Below, one piece after another: positions 8,401 through 18,072 of a stretch of DNA of 64,000 nt. This stretch comes from Polyangiaceae bacterium (GTDB taxonomy: Bacteria > Myxococcota_A > Polyangia > Polyangiales > Polyangiaceae). The notes beneath the pieces were generated by a model that was not told the DNA's origin, did no database searches, and was given only the letters and a program-made list of their open reading frames with translations. Numbering within the stretch: position 1 is the stretch's first letter; each line of letters begins with the position of its first letter. A program made the position numbers and the translations under genes. The stretch spans positions 1 to 64,000 of the forward strand of contig CBDCTZ010000013.1 in assembly GCA_965222375.1 (NCBI GenBank). Reading direction: 5' to 3'.

Positions 8401-9351
8401 TTCTTTGGAAAGCGCTTCCTCTCGACCCATCTGAACAGGTGGGTGTCGCCTGATCCGCTCACGGTGCACGGGCTTGGGGCGGACCTGAACGTGTACGCGT
8501 ACGTCAGTGGGCAGGTGCTGAAGAACGTGGATCCCCTAGGCCTGGACCCCACGAACGCCAGCTCGGAGCAAGTCAGGCAGAACGCGGACGGCTCTGTCCA
8601 GACAGCGGAAGGTAGCAAGGTGTGGGTTCTCGCGGAAACGGAGATCCGGCCCAGAGACCCCACCAAGACCGCGAGCGGGGAGGATTGGGCACAGGCGTAC
8701 GGCGCTACATTGCGTCAGAACGAAGCCAAGGCCCCGGGGCCAAGTGAGACTGCGCCCAGCGCATCCTGGCTGGACCGACCGGCCGGTGGTGGGCACACGC
8801 CTCGTGAAATCATTGAGATGAACCCCTACATGGGCGGCCTGAGCAGCAAGGGATTTGGCCTGTTGGGCCGGGCTTTCAAGTGGGTGGGAACGAAGTTGGG
8901 CGCAGCCGATGACGTTGTCCAGGTTGCGACGGCAGGCGGGCCCAAGATCAACGTGTGGAGAATGTCTTCGAAGCCGGCGCCGAAGGGAGGAGCGGCGCCG
9001 AGTCCACGAGTTGCATTTGGCAAGAGCCGATGGGAGGCACTAGAGCCTGGGTCGAAGGCGTGCCAAAGCGGGTGTGAGACAGCTGCGCGAACGATTCAGC
9101 GAGCGATAGGGGGCGAGATTAGGACCATCAAGCCGCCCGGACCAGTGGATCGGTTGGTGCTGGGGCGTGTTAAGGATTCCAAGGGCGTTTTTCGGAATCC
9201 TGCAGGAGACAAAGCGAGAGGCTGGTCCACTCACCAGGTGGTGGTAAAGGACGGGCGCGTGTATGACAGGCTCACTGGGCCGAAAGGTCAATCGATCAAG
9301 AGCTACAAGGCACGTTGGGAGGAGGCAGATGCCATCCACTTCGGATTCTGA
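8401..9351 (+). CDS. Orphan Rhs C-terminal module with papain-fold (Tox-PL-like) toxin domain; no canonical start
   Basis: FFGKRFLSTHLNRWVSPDPL..NVYAYVSGQVLKNVDPLG Rhs core end; C-terminal GCETAA..I / HQVVVKDGRVYD suggests a Cys-His-Asp triad. Confidence 0.75.
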   Translation, partial: FFGKRFLSTHLNRWVSPDPLTVHGLGADLNVYAYVSGQVLKNVDPLGLDPTNASSEQVRQNADGSVQTAEGSKVWVLAETEIRPRDPTKTASGEDWAQAYGATLRQNEAKAPGPSETAPSASWLDRPAGGGHTPREIIEMNPYMGGLSSKGFGLLGRAFKWVGTKLGAADDVVQVATAGGPKINVWRMSSKPAPKGGAAPSPRVAFGKSRWEALEPGSKACQSGCETAARTIQRAIGGEIRTIKPPGPVDRLVLGRVKDSKGVFRNPAGDKARGWSTHQVVVKDGRVYDRLTGPKGQSIKSYKARWEEADAIHFGF

Positions 9352-9685
9352 CTTGAGCGATCTGTTCGAGTTGCTTGATGCAGTTCGAGCGCGACCCGGA
9401 ATGTACCTCGGGTGGTCTCCAGAACAGCGCGAAGCACAACTACGAACGCTCCAGGTGCTTGTGATCGGATACACCTTCGCGTTGGACGTACACGACATCA
9501 ACGAATGCGGCAGGGAATTTCTCGAAGCGTTCACCCGATTCGTTCACGAAAGAACCGGGTGGAGCATGTCTCGTGGTGTGGTCGAGGCAATACTGGACCA
9601 GGCGAAGGGAGAAGAAGCCTGGAGTACGTTTTGGCGCCTCTTCGACGAGTTTCGCGGTCCCCGACCCGCGGGTGAGTCCCCGTAG
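9329..9685 (+). CDS. Putative cognate immunity protein
   Basis: GGAGGAGG RBS then ATG overlapping the toxin 3' end; LLDAVRARPGMYLG motif; 118 aa. Confidence 0.7.
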   Translation: MPSTSDSDLSDLFELLDAVRARPGMYLGWSPEQREAQLRTLQVLVIGYTFALDVHDINECGREFLEAFTRFVHERTGWSMSRGVVEAILDQAKGEEAWSTFWRLFDEFRGPRPAGESP

Positions 9686-9697
9686 TGCTCACCCCCA

Positions 9698-9920
9698 GCC
9701 CCGCGGCGGACGCTCATGAGTCCGGCGCGGGGCGAGCCGTGGATCGCGCAAGCGCACCCTGGCGTCGACAGATTGAGTCTGGCTAATGCTTCGCTGGCCT
9801 GCGGCGCAGCGCCAAACAGCGACGGGGTCGGCCGCTCACCCCGAACTCCATCCGGGCATGGACGCCTTCGGCGCCGTCTGGCCCAGCGCTCGCATTAGCC
9901 AGCCAGTGACGTGGATGGTG
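9698..9920. other. Conserved structured non-coding segment, copy 2
   Basis: Identical to 23-245. Confidence 0.6.
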
Positions 9921-10280
9921 TCAGCCGCTCACGAGGCGTTGAAGCTTCTTCTTGGTGAGGAAGGCATCGATGAGTTTTTTGATCACGTCCTTGTCCTCGT
10001 CGGGAAGTAGCTCGACCTCTTGGAACTGGCGAAGCAATTCCCTGTCCTTGAAGTCCGCTCGAGCGGCATCCTTGGTGCAGCCCTCGAGCAAGTAGTCGGC
10101 GGAGACGTCGAGGGCGTCGGCAAGCCTTGCGAGGGTATCGGCCGAGGGGCGCGAAGCCTCGCGCTCATAGCGACCGATGTGGTTGTAGTGAACGTCAACC
10201 AGCTCAGCGAGCTCGGCTTGGGACAGACCTCGTTGTTTGCGCAGCTGCCTGAGGCGTTTGGCGAATCCATCGTTGGCCAT
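9921..10280 (-). CDS. XRE-family HTH regulator
   Basis: Identical to 246..605. Confidence 0.9.
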   Translation of the reverse strand: MANDGFAKRLRQLRKQRGLSQAELAELVDVHYNHIGRYEREASRPSADTLARLADALDVSADYLLEGCTKDAARADFKDRELLRQFQEVELLPDEDKDVIKKLIDAFLTKKKLQRLVSG

Positions 10281-10444
10281 GTAGCTGTCATGCGAGAGGA
10301 ATGGATCCATAGCAAGCGTTGGTGGTGTAAATACAACCAAGTTTGAGGCTCAACTCGACTCTTTGCGTCAATTTTCCCACTACAAGTGATGTATTTGCTC
10401 TTCTTGGCTACGAACGGCACGGCCTGTCCTCGCAGCAGCTCTAG

Positions 10445-12128
10445 AGACCCGATCAAATTCTAGCGGCGGCGTCGAAATACAAAGCAAGTTCGATCGCTTA
10501 GAAGCCAGGATCGACGCGCCGGGCGTGTAGTGATCAAACGGGGTCAGGAGGACCCCATGGAGATCTGGAAGGCGCCGGTCGAGCTGTCGCGTGGTGAGAA
10601 GTTCATCGCAAAGCGATGTGCGAAACGCAGAGTATTCGTATTCCTGCGCGAGCTGCGACATAGGATTTTTGACGAAGAGATGCAGGCGAAGCTGACGGAG
10701 GCATATTCGCCCGTGGAGCGGGGGCGTGGTCGCGTCCCGCCTGCTCAACTCGGCCTTGCGATGTTGCTGCAGGCCGCGCTGCGTGTGCCCGACCACGAGG
10801 TGGTTGAGCTTACGTTGATGGATCGCCGCTGGCAAATGGTGCTCAACTGTGCGGGAATCGAAGTGCCGCTCTTCTCGCAAGGCACGTTTTACAACTTTCG
10901 CCAGCGCGTCATTGCGCATGGGCTCGACGAGCTGCTCTTCAACAAGACGGTCGAACTCGCACGCGAGACGGGCGGATTCAGTGCAACGCACCTGCGTGCT
11001 GCATTCGACGCCAGCCCACTATGGGGCGCGGGTCGCGTCGAGGACACCTTCAATCTCATCGGGCGCGCCTCGCTACACGTCGTTCGCACGGCAGCGCGGC
11101 GGCTCGGTCAACCCGTCGACAAGGTCGCGGCTGCTGCGGGGATCCCAGTACTCAACGCCACCAGCATCAAGACAGGGCTCGACATCGACTGGGACGACCC
11201 TGGGGCGCGCACCAAGGCGCTCGGTCGACTGCTCAAGCAGGTACAGTCACTCGGCCGCTTTCTCGAAAAAGAGCTGACGAAACCGCTGAAAGAAGCGCCG
11301 CTGGCCGGGCAGTGGGCACTGGTGGAAAAGCTCGTCTCGCAGGACACCGAGCCCGATCCAGACGGGGACGGAGGGAGCCGGATCACACGCGGCGTGGCGA
11401 AGGACCGACGCATTAGCGTGAGTGACCCCGACATGCGTCATGGCCGCAAGAGCAAGAAGAAACGCATCGACGGCTACAAGCGACACATCGCGATACAGCT
11501 CGATACGCCCGGCATCATCTGCGCCGTCGCGATCACCCCCGCGAATCGTCCTGAACGTGTCGCTTCGGCAGAATTACTCGAACAGTGCGGCTCCGTTTCA
11601 GAACTCTACATCGATCGAGGCTACCTTGGCGACGATGCGATCGAATCCCGTCGCGCCGAAGGAACAGAGGTTTTCTGCAAACCGTTTCCGTTGCGCAACG
11701 GCGGGCGCTTCACCAAGGCCGATTTCAAGCTCGATCTGGCTGCGGGAATCGCCCGTTGTCCCGAAGGCGTTGCGGTTAAAGCGAGCGCTGGCTCCGTCGC
11801 TCGCTTCCCAGCTGCCCGCTGCGATGTATGTCGCAGCCGCGACGACTGCACGCGCGCCGCCCCGGGGCGTGGCCGCAGCGTCACGCTACACCCCCATGAG
11901 CCCTTCCACATCCAGCTGCGCGAAAACGCCCGCACGCGCGAAGGCCGCGCCCGCCTTCGCAAGCGTACTGCCGTCGAACACAGCCTCGCGACCCTGCATA
12001 ACCGCCAAGGCGACCGTGCTCGCTACCGTGGTCAGCGCAACAACCTCTTCGACCTCCGCCGGCACGCTGCTCTCAGCAACCTGAGCGTTATCGATCAGTT
12101 GCGAGTTGCCGCTTAAGTGGTCAGGCCC
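10445..12128 (+). mobile_element. Insertion sequence, IS1182/IS5-like, copy 2
   Basis: CTAG at 10441-10444 and 12129-12132; same ends as copy 1. Confidence 0.75.
10557..12116 (+). CDS. Intact DDE transposase (IS1182/IS5-like)
   Basis: Continuous ORF; AFDASP, SDPDMRHGRKS..GYKRHI, YIDRGY, RTAVEHSL motifs and Cys cluster CPEG..CDVCRSRDDCT. Confidence 0.88.
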   Translation: MEIWKAPVELSRGEKFIAKRCAKRRVFVFLRELRHRIFDEEMQAKLTEAYSPVERGRGRVPPAQLGLAMLLQAALRVPDHEVVELTLMDRRWQMVLNCAGIEVPLFSQGTFYNFRQRVIAHGLDELLFNKTVELARETGGFSATHLRAAFDASPLWGAGRVEDTFNLIGRASLHVVRTAARRLGQPVDKVAAAAGIPVLNATSIKTGLDIDWDDPGARTKALGRLLKQVQSLGRFLEKELTKPLKEAPLAGQWALVEKLVSQDTEPDPDGDGGSRITRGVAKDRRISVSDPDMRHGRKSKKKRIDGYKRHIAIQLDTPGIICAVAITPANRPERVASAELLEQCGSVSELYIDRGYLGDDAIESRRAEGTEVFCKPFPLRNGGRFTKADFKLDLAAGIARCPEGVAVKASAGSVARFPAARCDVCRSRDDCTRAAPGRGRSVTLHPHEPFHIQLRENARTREGRARLRKRTAVEHSLATLHNRQGDRARYRGQRNNLFDLRRHAALSNLSVIDQLRVAA

Positions 12129-12190
12129 CTAGCGGTTGGGCGGAGCGACCACGACGGACGGTCCGATCTGGGCCGTGACGATCGCAGCCG

Positions 12191-12631
12191 TCAGCCTGCT
12201 TTTCGTGCGTACTCGTTGACGAGGGCCCGGACGGTTTCAATGATCTTGCGTTGTTGTTTACGGGGCAGCCGACGAACGTCGTCGAAGGTGCGTTGAAGCT
12301 CACCAACGGGCCCTGGGCGACTTCTTTGTCTCGAACCGTTGAGGACGAGCAGGTCTTCGACGTGAGTGCCGAGAGCTTTTGCCATCGCGGGAAGCAGCTC
12401 AGAGCGTGGTGGTTTGTCACTCCATTCCCAGAACGCGATATTGGCGTGGGGCACGTCAAGGTGGCGGGCGAGCTCGATTTGGGTGAGACCGGCCGCTTTT
12501 CGAAGTGCGAGTAAGCGAGCTCCTTGCTTGGGCCTTGGCCCTTTTGCTGCTTTGGCTTTGCGCGGCACGGGGCCAGTGTACGGGGTGATCTCGGGTGACA
12601 CGGGCTGACTGAGCTCCTGAGGCTTGCACAA
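12191..12631 (-). CDS. XRE-family HTH regulator
   Basis: Identical to 2519..2959. Confidence 0.85.
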   Translation of the reverse strand: MCKPQELSQPVSPEITPYTGPVPRKAKAAKGPRPKQGARLLALRKAAGLTQIELARHLDVPHANIAFWEWSDKPPRSELLPAMAKALGTHVEDLLVLNGSRQRSRPGPVGELQRTFDDVRRLPRKQQRKIIETVRALVNEYARKAG

Positions 12632-12722
12632 TTCTCAGTTTACTGAGAATCTCGGAGCATATCAACTGAGCGGAACACAAGTCGCACTTTTCGATTGACA
12701 GCCTTTTTCAAGGAGCAGCGCG

Positions 12723-15700
12723 ATGGCCCGAATTCCCGAAGAAGAAATCGAGCGGTTAAAGGCCCAGATTTCGCTTCAGCGCCTGGCTGAAGCGAAGGGC
12801 ATCAAGCTCAAGAAACACGGGTCGGACTTGATCGGGCTGTGCCCGTTTCACGACGACCGAGAGCCGAGCCTGGTGATCACACCCGACAAGAACCTCTGGC
12901 ACTGCCTGGGAGCGTGTCAGGCGGGTGGCACGGTGATCGACTGGGTGATGAAGGCCGAGGGCCTGAGCTTTCGACACGCGGTGGAAGTGCTGCGTAAAGA
13001 CCTTCCATCCTTAGCTGCAGAGTCGCCGAAGCGACGGCCGCCGAAGTACGGCACGGCAAGGAAGCTGCCGGTGGTGGGAGCACAGAGCGCGGACAACGAC
13101 GAGCTGCTGCGCGAGGTTGTCGCCTACTACCACCAAGCGCTGTTGGAGAGCCCGGAGGCGTTGGCGTACTTGGAAAAGCGAGGCATTCGAGACGAGGAGG
13201 CCATCGAGCGCTTCCAGCTTGGCTTCTCGAACCGCACGCTAGGCTACCGTTTGCCAGCGAAGAACCGCCACCGGGGCGGAGAGCTACGGAGGCGGCTGGC
13301 GGAGGTCGGTGTGTACCGACAGAGCGGTCACGAGCACCTAAATGGCTCGCTGGTCATTCCGGTCTTCGACGCCGAGGGTCAGGTGGTGGAGATGTACGGG
13401 CGTAAGATCACGCCTCGACTGCGTCCGGGGACACCAATGCACCTGTACTTGCCCGGCCCCCATCGCGGCGTCTGGAACCTCTCCGGCATTGCAGACGCCC
13501 GGGAAGTGATTCTTTGCGAAAGCCTGATCGACGCGCTGACCTTCTGGTGCGCAGGCTATCGGAACGTGACGACGGCCTACGGCGTGGAGGGCTTCACCGA
13601 TGAGTTGCGCACAGCACTGACGACGCAAGATGTCGAGCGCGTGCTGATCGCATACGATCGGGACGACGCCGGCGAGCGGGCGGCGGACAAGCTGTCACGA
13701 GAGCTGGCGGAGCTGGCAGTGGGCAGCGCGCGGGTGCTGTTTCCGAAAGGCATGGACGCGAACGAGTACGCGCTGAAGGTGGGCCCAGCGGCACAGAGCT
13801 TGGGCCTTTCGCTGCGGCAGGCAGAGTGGATCAGCGAGGGCAAACCACGGCCGGCTGCAGCCGAGCCGACTGAGTCGATCGAGCGACAAGCCACACAGCC
13901 TGCCGGCGCCAACGAAGCCGAGGTGGTGATCGTTGCGAAGCAGCCGCCAGCAAGTCCGCCCCCACCCCATCCTTCCTTAGCCGCCAATCCGAGCGTCGAG
14001 CCCGAGGTGACGGGCGATGACCTGGTGTTTCGATTTGGCGATCGACGTTGGCGAGTGCGCGTGGCGTTGAAGGGTGGCCCGGAACAACTGCGCACGAACC
14101 TGCACATCTCGCGAGCGGGCGGGGCGTTTCACGTCGACACGGTGGAGCTGTACTCGGCGAGGCAGCGCGGCGTCTTCACAAAGGAAGCGGCGGCAGAGCT
14201 GGGCCTGGAAGAGCGTGTGGTCAAGCGTGAGCTGGGCGCCGTGCTCCTCAAGCTCGAGGAGCGGCAAGAAGCCGAGCGCAAGGCGGCTGAGGCTGAGGCG
14301 AAGCCAGCTCAGATGGGCGATGTGGCTCGGAAGGCAGCACTGGAGCTGCTGCGAGATCCGAAATTGGTGGAGCGGATCTTGGAAGACTTCGGGCGTTGCG
14401 GAGTGGTTGGCGAGCAAACGAACAAACTCGTCGGCTACTTAGCTGCCACCAGCCGGAAACTGGATGAGCCGCTGGCGGTGATCATCCAGAGCTCGAGCGC
14501 GGCGGGCAAGTCGTCGCTGATGGACGCGGTGCTGTGTCTGATGCCCGAGGAGGAGCGCGTGCAGTACTCAGCGATGACGGGGCAGAGCTTGTTTTACATG
14601 GGCGAGAGCGATCTGGCGCACAAGATCTTGGCCATCGTCGAGGAGGAGGGCGCCGAGCGAGCGAGCTACGCGCTGAAGCTGCTGCAGAGCGAGGGCGAGC
14701 TGACCATCGCGAGCACGGGCAAAGATCCAGCGACGGGACGGCTGGTGACGCAGGAGTACCGGGTGCAGGGGCCGGTGATGATCTTCTTGACGACGACGGC
14801 GATCGAGGTAGACGAAGAGCTGCTCAACCGCTGCATCGTGCTGACGGTGGACGAGGGGCGGGAGCAAACGCGAGCGATCCACGAGCGTCAGCGACAGCTA
14901 CGGACGCTGGAGGGAGTGAAGACCCGGCACGAGCGGGCACGCCTGCTGGAACTGCACCAGAACGCTCAGCGCCTTTTGAGGCCGCTTTCGGTGGTCAATC
15001 CGTATGCGGAGCAGCTGACGTTTCCAGATCATCGAACACGGATGCGTCGAGATCACACGAAGTACCTGGGTCTGATCGAGACGATCGCGCTGCTGCACCA
15101 GTACCAGCGGCCGGTGCAGGAGGTGGAGCATCGGGGAGCGAAGCTGAGGTATGTGGAGGTGACGCGAGAGGACATCGAACTCGCGAACCGCCTGACCCGC
15201 GAGGTGCTGGGCCGGAGCCTGGACGAGCTGCCGCCACAAACACGGCGCTTGCTCGGCCTCGTCGACGCGCTGGTCGCCCAGGAGACGAAGCGGCTCGGCT
15301 TGAACCGATGCGACTATCGATTTAGCCGCCGAGAGCTGCGGGAGCACAGCGGCTGGGGCGACACGCAGCTGAAGGTGCACCTGGGGCGGCTGGCGGAGCT
15401 GGAGTACGTGCTGGTGCATCGTGGGCGTCAGGGTCAAAGCTACGTGTACGAGCTGTGTTGGAGCAGCGAGGAGGGCGCAGGCACATCGCTTGCGGGTCTC
15501 GTCGACGCGGAAGGACTCGATGCGTCGAGTACGACGCACACTTCGCGGGGCTCAGAGGCAACTTCGCGGGGGGCAGACCCCAACTTCGCGGGGGTCGGTC
15601 GGCCCCTGGTCGGCCCCCGGTCGGGGGGTGGTCGGGGTGGTGAAAACCGGGCGGCGCAGGAGCAAAACGGCTCGAATGGTGATCGCAACGCCGCGAGCGG

Positions 15701-15776
15701 CAAAAACGCACGTCGCGGGAACGGTCTGTCACAATCGTCGTACGCAAGTGGCGTCGTACAAGCACGGGGGCGCTGA
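12723..15776 (+). CDS. CHC2-Toprim primase / P-loop NTPase fusion
   Basis: Identical protein to 3051..6104. Confidence 0.9.
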   Translation: MARIPEEEIERLKAQISLQRLAEAKGIKLKKHGSDLIGLCPFHDDREPSLVITPDKNLWHCLGACQAGGTVIDWVMKAEGLSFRHAVEVLRKDLPSLAAESPKRRPPKYGTARKLPVVGAQSADNDELLREVVAYYHQALLESPEALAYLEKRGIRDEEAIERFQLGFSNRTLGYRLPAKNRHRGGELRRRLAEVGVYRQSGHEHLNGSLVIPVFDAEGQVVEMYGRKITPRLRPGTPMHLYLPGPHRGVWNLSGIADAREVILCESLIDALTFWCAGYRNVTTAYGVEGFTDELRTALTTQDVERVLIAYDRDDAGERAADKLSRELAELAVGSARVLFPKGMDANEYALKVGPAAQSLGLSLRQAEWISEGKPRPAAAEPTESIERQATQPAGANEAEVVIVAKQPPASPPPPHPSLAANPSVEPEVTGDDLVFRFGDRRWRVRVALKGGPEQLRTNLHISRAGGAFHVDTVELYSARQRGVFTKEAAAELGLEERVVKRELGAVLLKLEERQEAERKAAEAEAKPAQMGDVARKAALELLRDPKLVERILEDFGRCGVVGEQTNKLVGYLAATSRKLDEPLAVIIQSSSAAGKSSLMDAVLCLMPEEERVQYSAMTGQSLFYMGESDLAHKILAIVEEEGAERASYALKLLQSEGELTIASTGKDPATGRLVTQEYRVQGPVMIFLTTTAIEVDEELLNRCIVLTVDEGREQTRAIHERQRQLRTLEGVKTRHERARLLELHQNAQRLLRPLSVVNPYAEQLTFPDHRTRMRRDHTKYLGLIETIALLHQYQRPVQEVEHRGAKLRYVEVTREDIELANRLTREVLGRSLDELPPQTRRLLGLVDALVAQETKRLGLNRCDYRFSRRELREHSGWGDTQLKVHLGRLAELEYVLVHRGRQGQSYVYELCWSSEEGAGTSLAGLVDAEGLDASSTTHTSRGSEATSRGADPNFAGVGRPLVGPRSGGGRGGENRAAQEQNGSNGDRNAASGKNARRGNGLSQSSYASGVVQARGR

Positions 15777-15779
15777 GCG

Positions 15780-16883
15780 ATGCCGATCAAGCGCGGCAAC
15801 AAGCAGCCCCCGCGTCCGATTGGTGATCCAAACGAGCCGGACGGGTTTTGGATTTGGTCGCAGCGCTTCTTGCAGTGGCTGCAGACGCGGAACTACTCGG
15901 CGCACACGGTGGAGAGCCGTCAGATCGGGCTGAGGCGCTTCGTGCAGTGGTGCGAGGCCCGCAACCTGTATCGACCGTCGCAGCTCACGAAGCCGATGCT
16001 GGAGCGTTACCAGAGGCACCTGTACCTGCTGCGGCGCCCGGACGGAGGCCCGCAGATGTCGTTTCGGACGCAGCACGTGATGCTGACGGCGGTGCGGCGC
16101 TTCTTTCGGTGGATGGTGAAGCAAAACGCCCTGCCCTCGAACCCTGCGAGCGAGCTGGAGCTTCCACGGCTGCCGCATCGATTGCCCCGGGACGTGCTGA
16201 GCGCAGAAGAAGTCGAGGAAGTGCTGTCCCAGGTGAACACCGCCACGGCGCTCGGGGTGCGAGACCGGGCGATTTTGGAGCTGATGTACTCGACGGGGAT
16301 CCGTCGCAGCGAGGTGACTGGGCTCAGCCTGAGCGATTTGGACGTGGAGCGTGGGACGCTGATGGTGCGTGAGGGCAAGGGGCAGCGAGATCGGATGTTG
16401 CCGGTGGGAGAGCGAGCGCTGGCCTGGGCGAAGCGTTACATCCGCGACGTGCGCCCCGAGCTGATGGTGATGCCCGATCCCGGCGCCCTCTTCCTAACGA
16501 ACATGGGCGAGGCGCTGTTGCCCCCCGGGCTGTCGCAGAACATCCGGCGTTACGTGCGCAAAGCTGGCAAGCGTGGAGCGTGTCACGTGTTTCGGCATGC
16601 GATGGCCACGCACATGCTCGAGGGAGGCGCCGACGTGCGCTACGTGCAGGAAATGCTGGGGCACACGTCGCTGGAATCGACGCAGGTGTACACGCGAGTG
16701 AGCATCCGCAAGCTCAAAGCGATCCACGCGGCGACGCACCCGACGGCGCAGCCAGAGCGCCCGCTGGCCAAGACGGCGGGACGTCGCGAGCCATCACGGC
16801 CACCGAGGGCGTCGCAGACGGCTACGGCAGAGAAATGCTCCTCGCCCTTAGCCGCCACGCAGCGCCGCGAGGACGACGAGTAG
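15780..16883 (+). CDS. XerC/XerD-like tyrosine recombinase
   Basis: Identical protein to 6108..7211. Confidence 0.93.
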   Translation: MPIKRGNKQPPRPIGDPNEPDGFWIWSQRFLQWLQTRNYSAHTVESRQIGLRRFVQWCEARNLYRPSQLTKPMLERYQRHLYLLRRPDGGPQMSFRTQHVMLTAVRRFFRWMVKQNALPSNPASELELPRLPHRLPRDVLSAEEVEEVLSQVNTATALGVRDRAILELMYSTGIRRSEVTGLSLSDLDVERGTLMVREGKGQRDRMLPVGERALAWAKRYIRDVRPELMVMPDPGALFLTNMGEALLPPGLSQNIRRYVRKAGKRGACHVFRHAMATHMLEGGADVRYVQEMLGHTSLESTQVYTRVSIRKLKAIHAATHPTAQPERPLAKTAGRREPSRPPRASQTATAEKCSSPLAATQRREDDE

Positions 16884-16913
16884 CGGTCGCCGCGTGCACG
16901 CAATTGCCGCTCC

Positions 16914-17145
16914 GCCCCCCAGCGCGAGTCGCTCGCTCGGCGGTGCGCATAAGGCAGCCTTATGCGCACCGCCCGGCGTCATGGGGCTTGCACACCTGCG
17001 GTGGGCGGGTCAGGGGCTACGCCCCTACGCCCCCGATGGTCGCTACCCCGAAAGGTTGTAGCTGACGTCTGGCAAGCCCCACGCCGCCGGGTGCCCTCGC
17101 TCGCTAAACATAACAAGAGAATTATGTTTCCTCGCGCTGGGGGGC
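16914..17145. other. Folded region with dif-like palindromes, copy 2
   Basis: Identical to 7242-7473. Confidence 0.65.
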
Positions 17146-17327
17146 TGCGCTCCCCGGTGTGCGTCGCGTGCACGCCCCACTGCACGCGCTGGTGCCTGCG
17201 ATGACGTCCCGGTCAGCGCGGCGGCCCCGCCCCGCCGCGCTGACCTCGTGGCGTCGTGGTGCGCCCGCCCGCCCCCACGCGATGCGACCTTGTTGCAAGC
17301 GGCCCCGACAACGGGCGGCTAGGTGCT

Positions 17328-17567
17328 ATGCTCCCTCTCGTGAACGCGCTCAAAGCACATGTGAAGAACGGGCAGATTGTCCTCGACGAACCGGCGGAAC
17401 TCACCAATGGCATGCCCGTGACCGTGTATCTGTGCAACTCCGAGGGCGATTCGCTGAGCGACAAGGAGCGCGCCGAGTTGCATCGCTCAATTGAACGCGG
17501 TCTCGGGCAATTGGAGCGCGGCGAAGTCGTCGACGCCGACGAAGTGCTCGCGGAACTCGAGCGCTGA
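17328..17567 (+). CDS. Putative type II antitoxin
   Basis: Identical to 7656..7895. Confidence 0.65.
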   Translation: MLPLVNALKAHVKNGQIVLDEPAELTNGMPVTVYLCNSEGDSLSDKERAELHRSIERGLGQLERGEVVDADEVLAELER

Positions 17568-17569
17568 AC

Positions 17570-17878
17570 GTGATCGTCCACTTCTCCCGTGAAGCGCGGG
17601 AGGCCGCAAAAGACAAACGACAGTGGTGGGAGGCGCACCGGGACAAGGCGCCCGACCTCTTCCGTGAGGAACTGCGTGCTGTCGTGGCGAGGTTGCGCAC
17701 CTCTCCCACGGTCGGGGCGCAGCGCTACGTGCAAGTGCGAGGACAGCTAGTCTGGCGCGTGTTGATGCCGAAGACGCGGAACTTTGTGTACTTCCATGTT
17801 GACGAGGCCCGCAGCGTGGTCGGCGTCATCACGCTTTGGAATGCCATCGGCGAGAAGCAACCCGACTTCTCCACTTAG
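17570..17878 (+). CDS. RelE/ParE-family toxin
   Basis: Identical to 7898..8206. Confidence 0.75.
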   Translation: MIVHFSREAREAAKDKRQWWEAHRDKAPDLFREELRAVVARLRTSPTVGAQRYVQVRGQLVWRVLMPKTRNFVYFHVDEARSVVGVITLWNAIGEKQPDFST

Positions 17879-18072
17879 CCGCCAGAATCACGTCTCAAAA
17901 CGCGTCTGCGCACCCAGTCTCGCGTCGACGAAGAAGCGCGTGTAAGCTCAAACACGCGTCAGGGGATTTTCGCCGCAGAGCGGGACCTCGCATCAGGTCG
18001 TTGAGTTTCTAAGCTGCCGAACGCGCCCGACAAATCGGAGCTGCGCGTACGACGTTTGCGTCAGAGACCACT

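Larger units (their letters stand above)
9698..18072 (+). mobile_element. Primase-integrase integrative element, copy 2 (near-identical to copy 1)
   Basis: Offset 9675 then 9672 from copy 1; translated proteins identical except the intact transposase. Confidence 0.75.
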
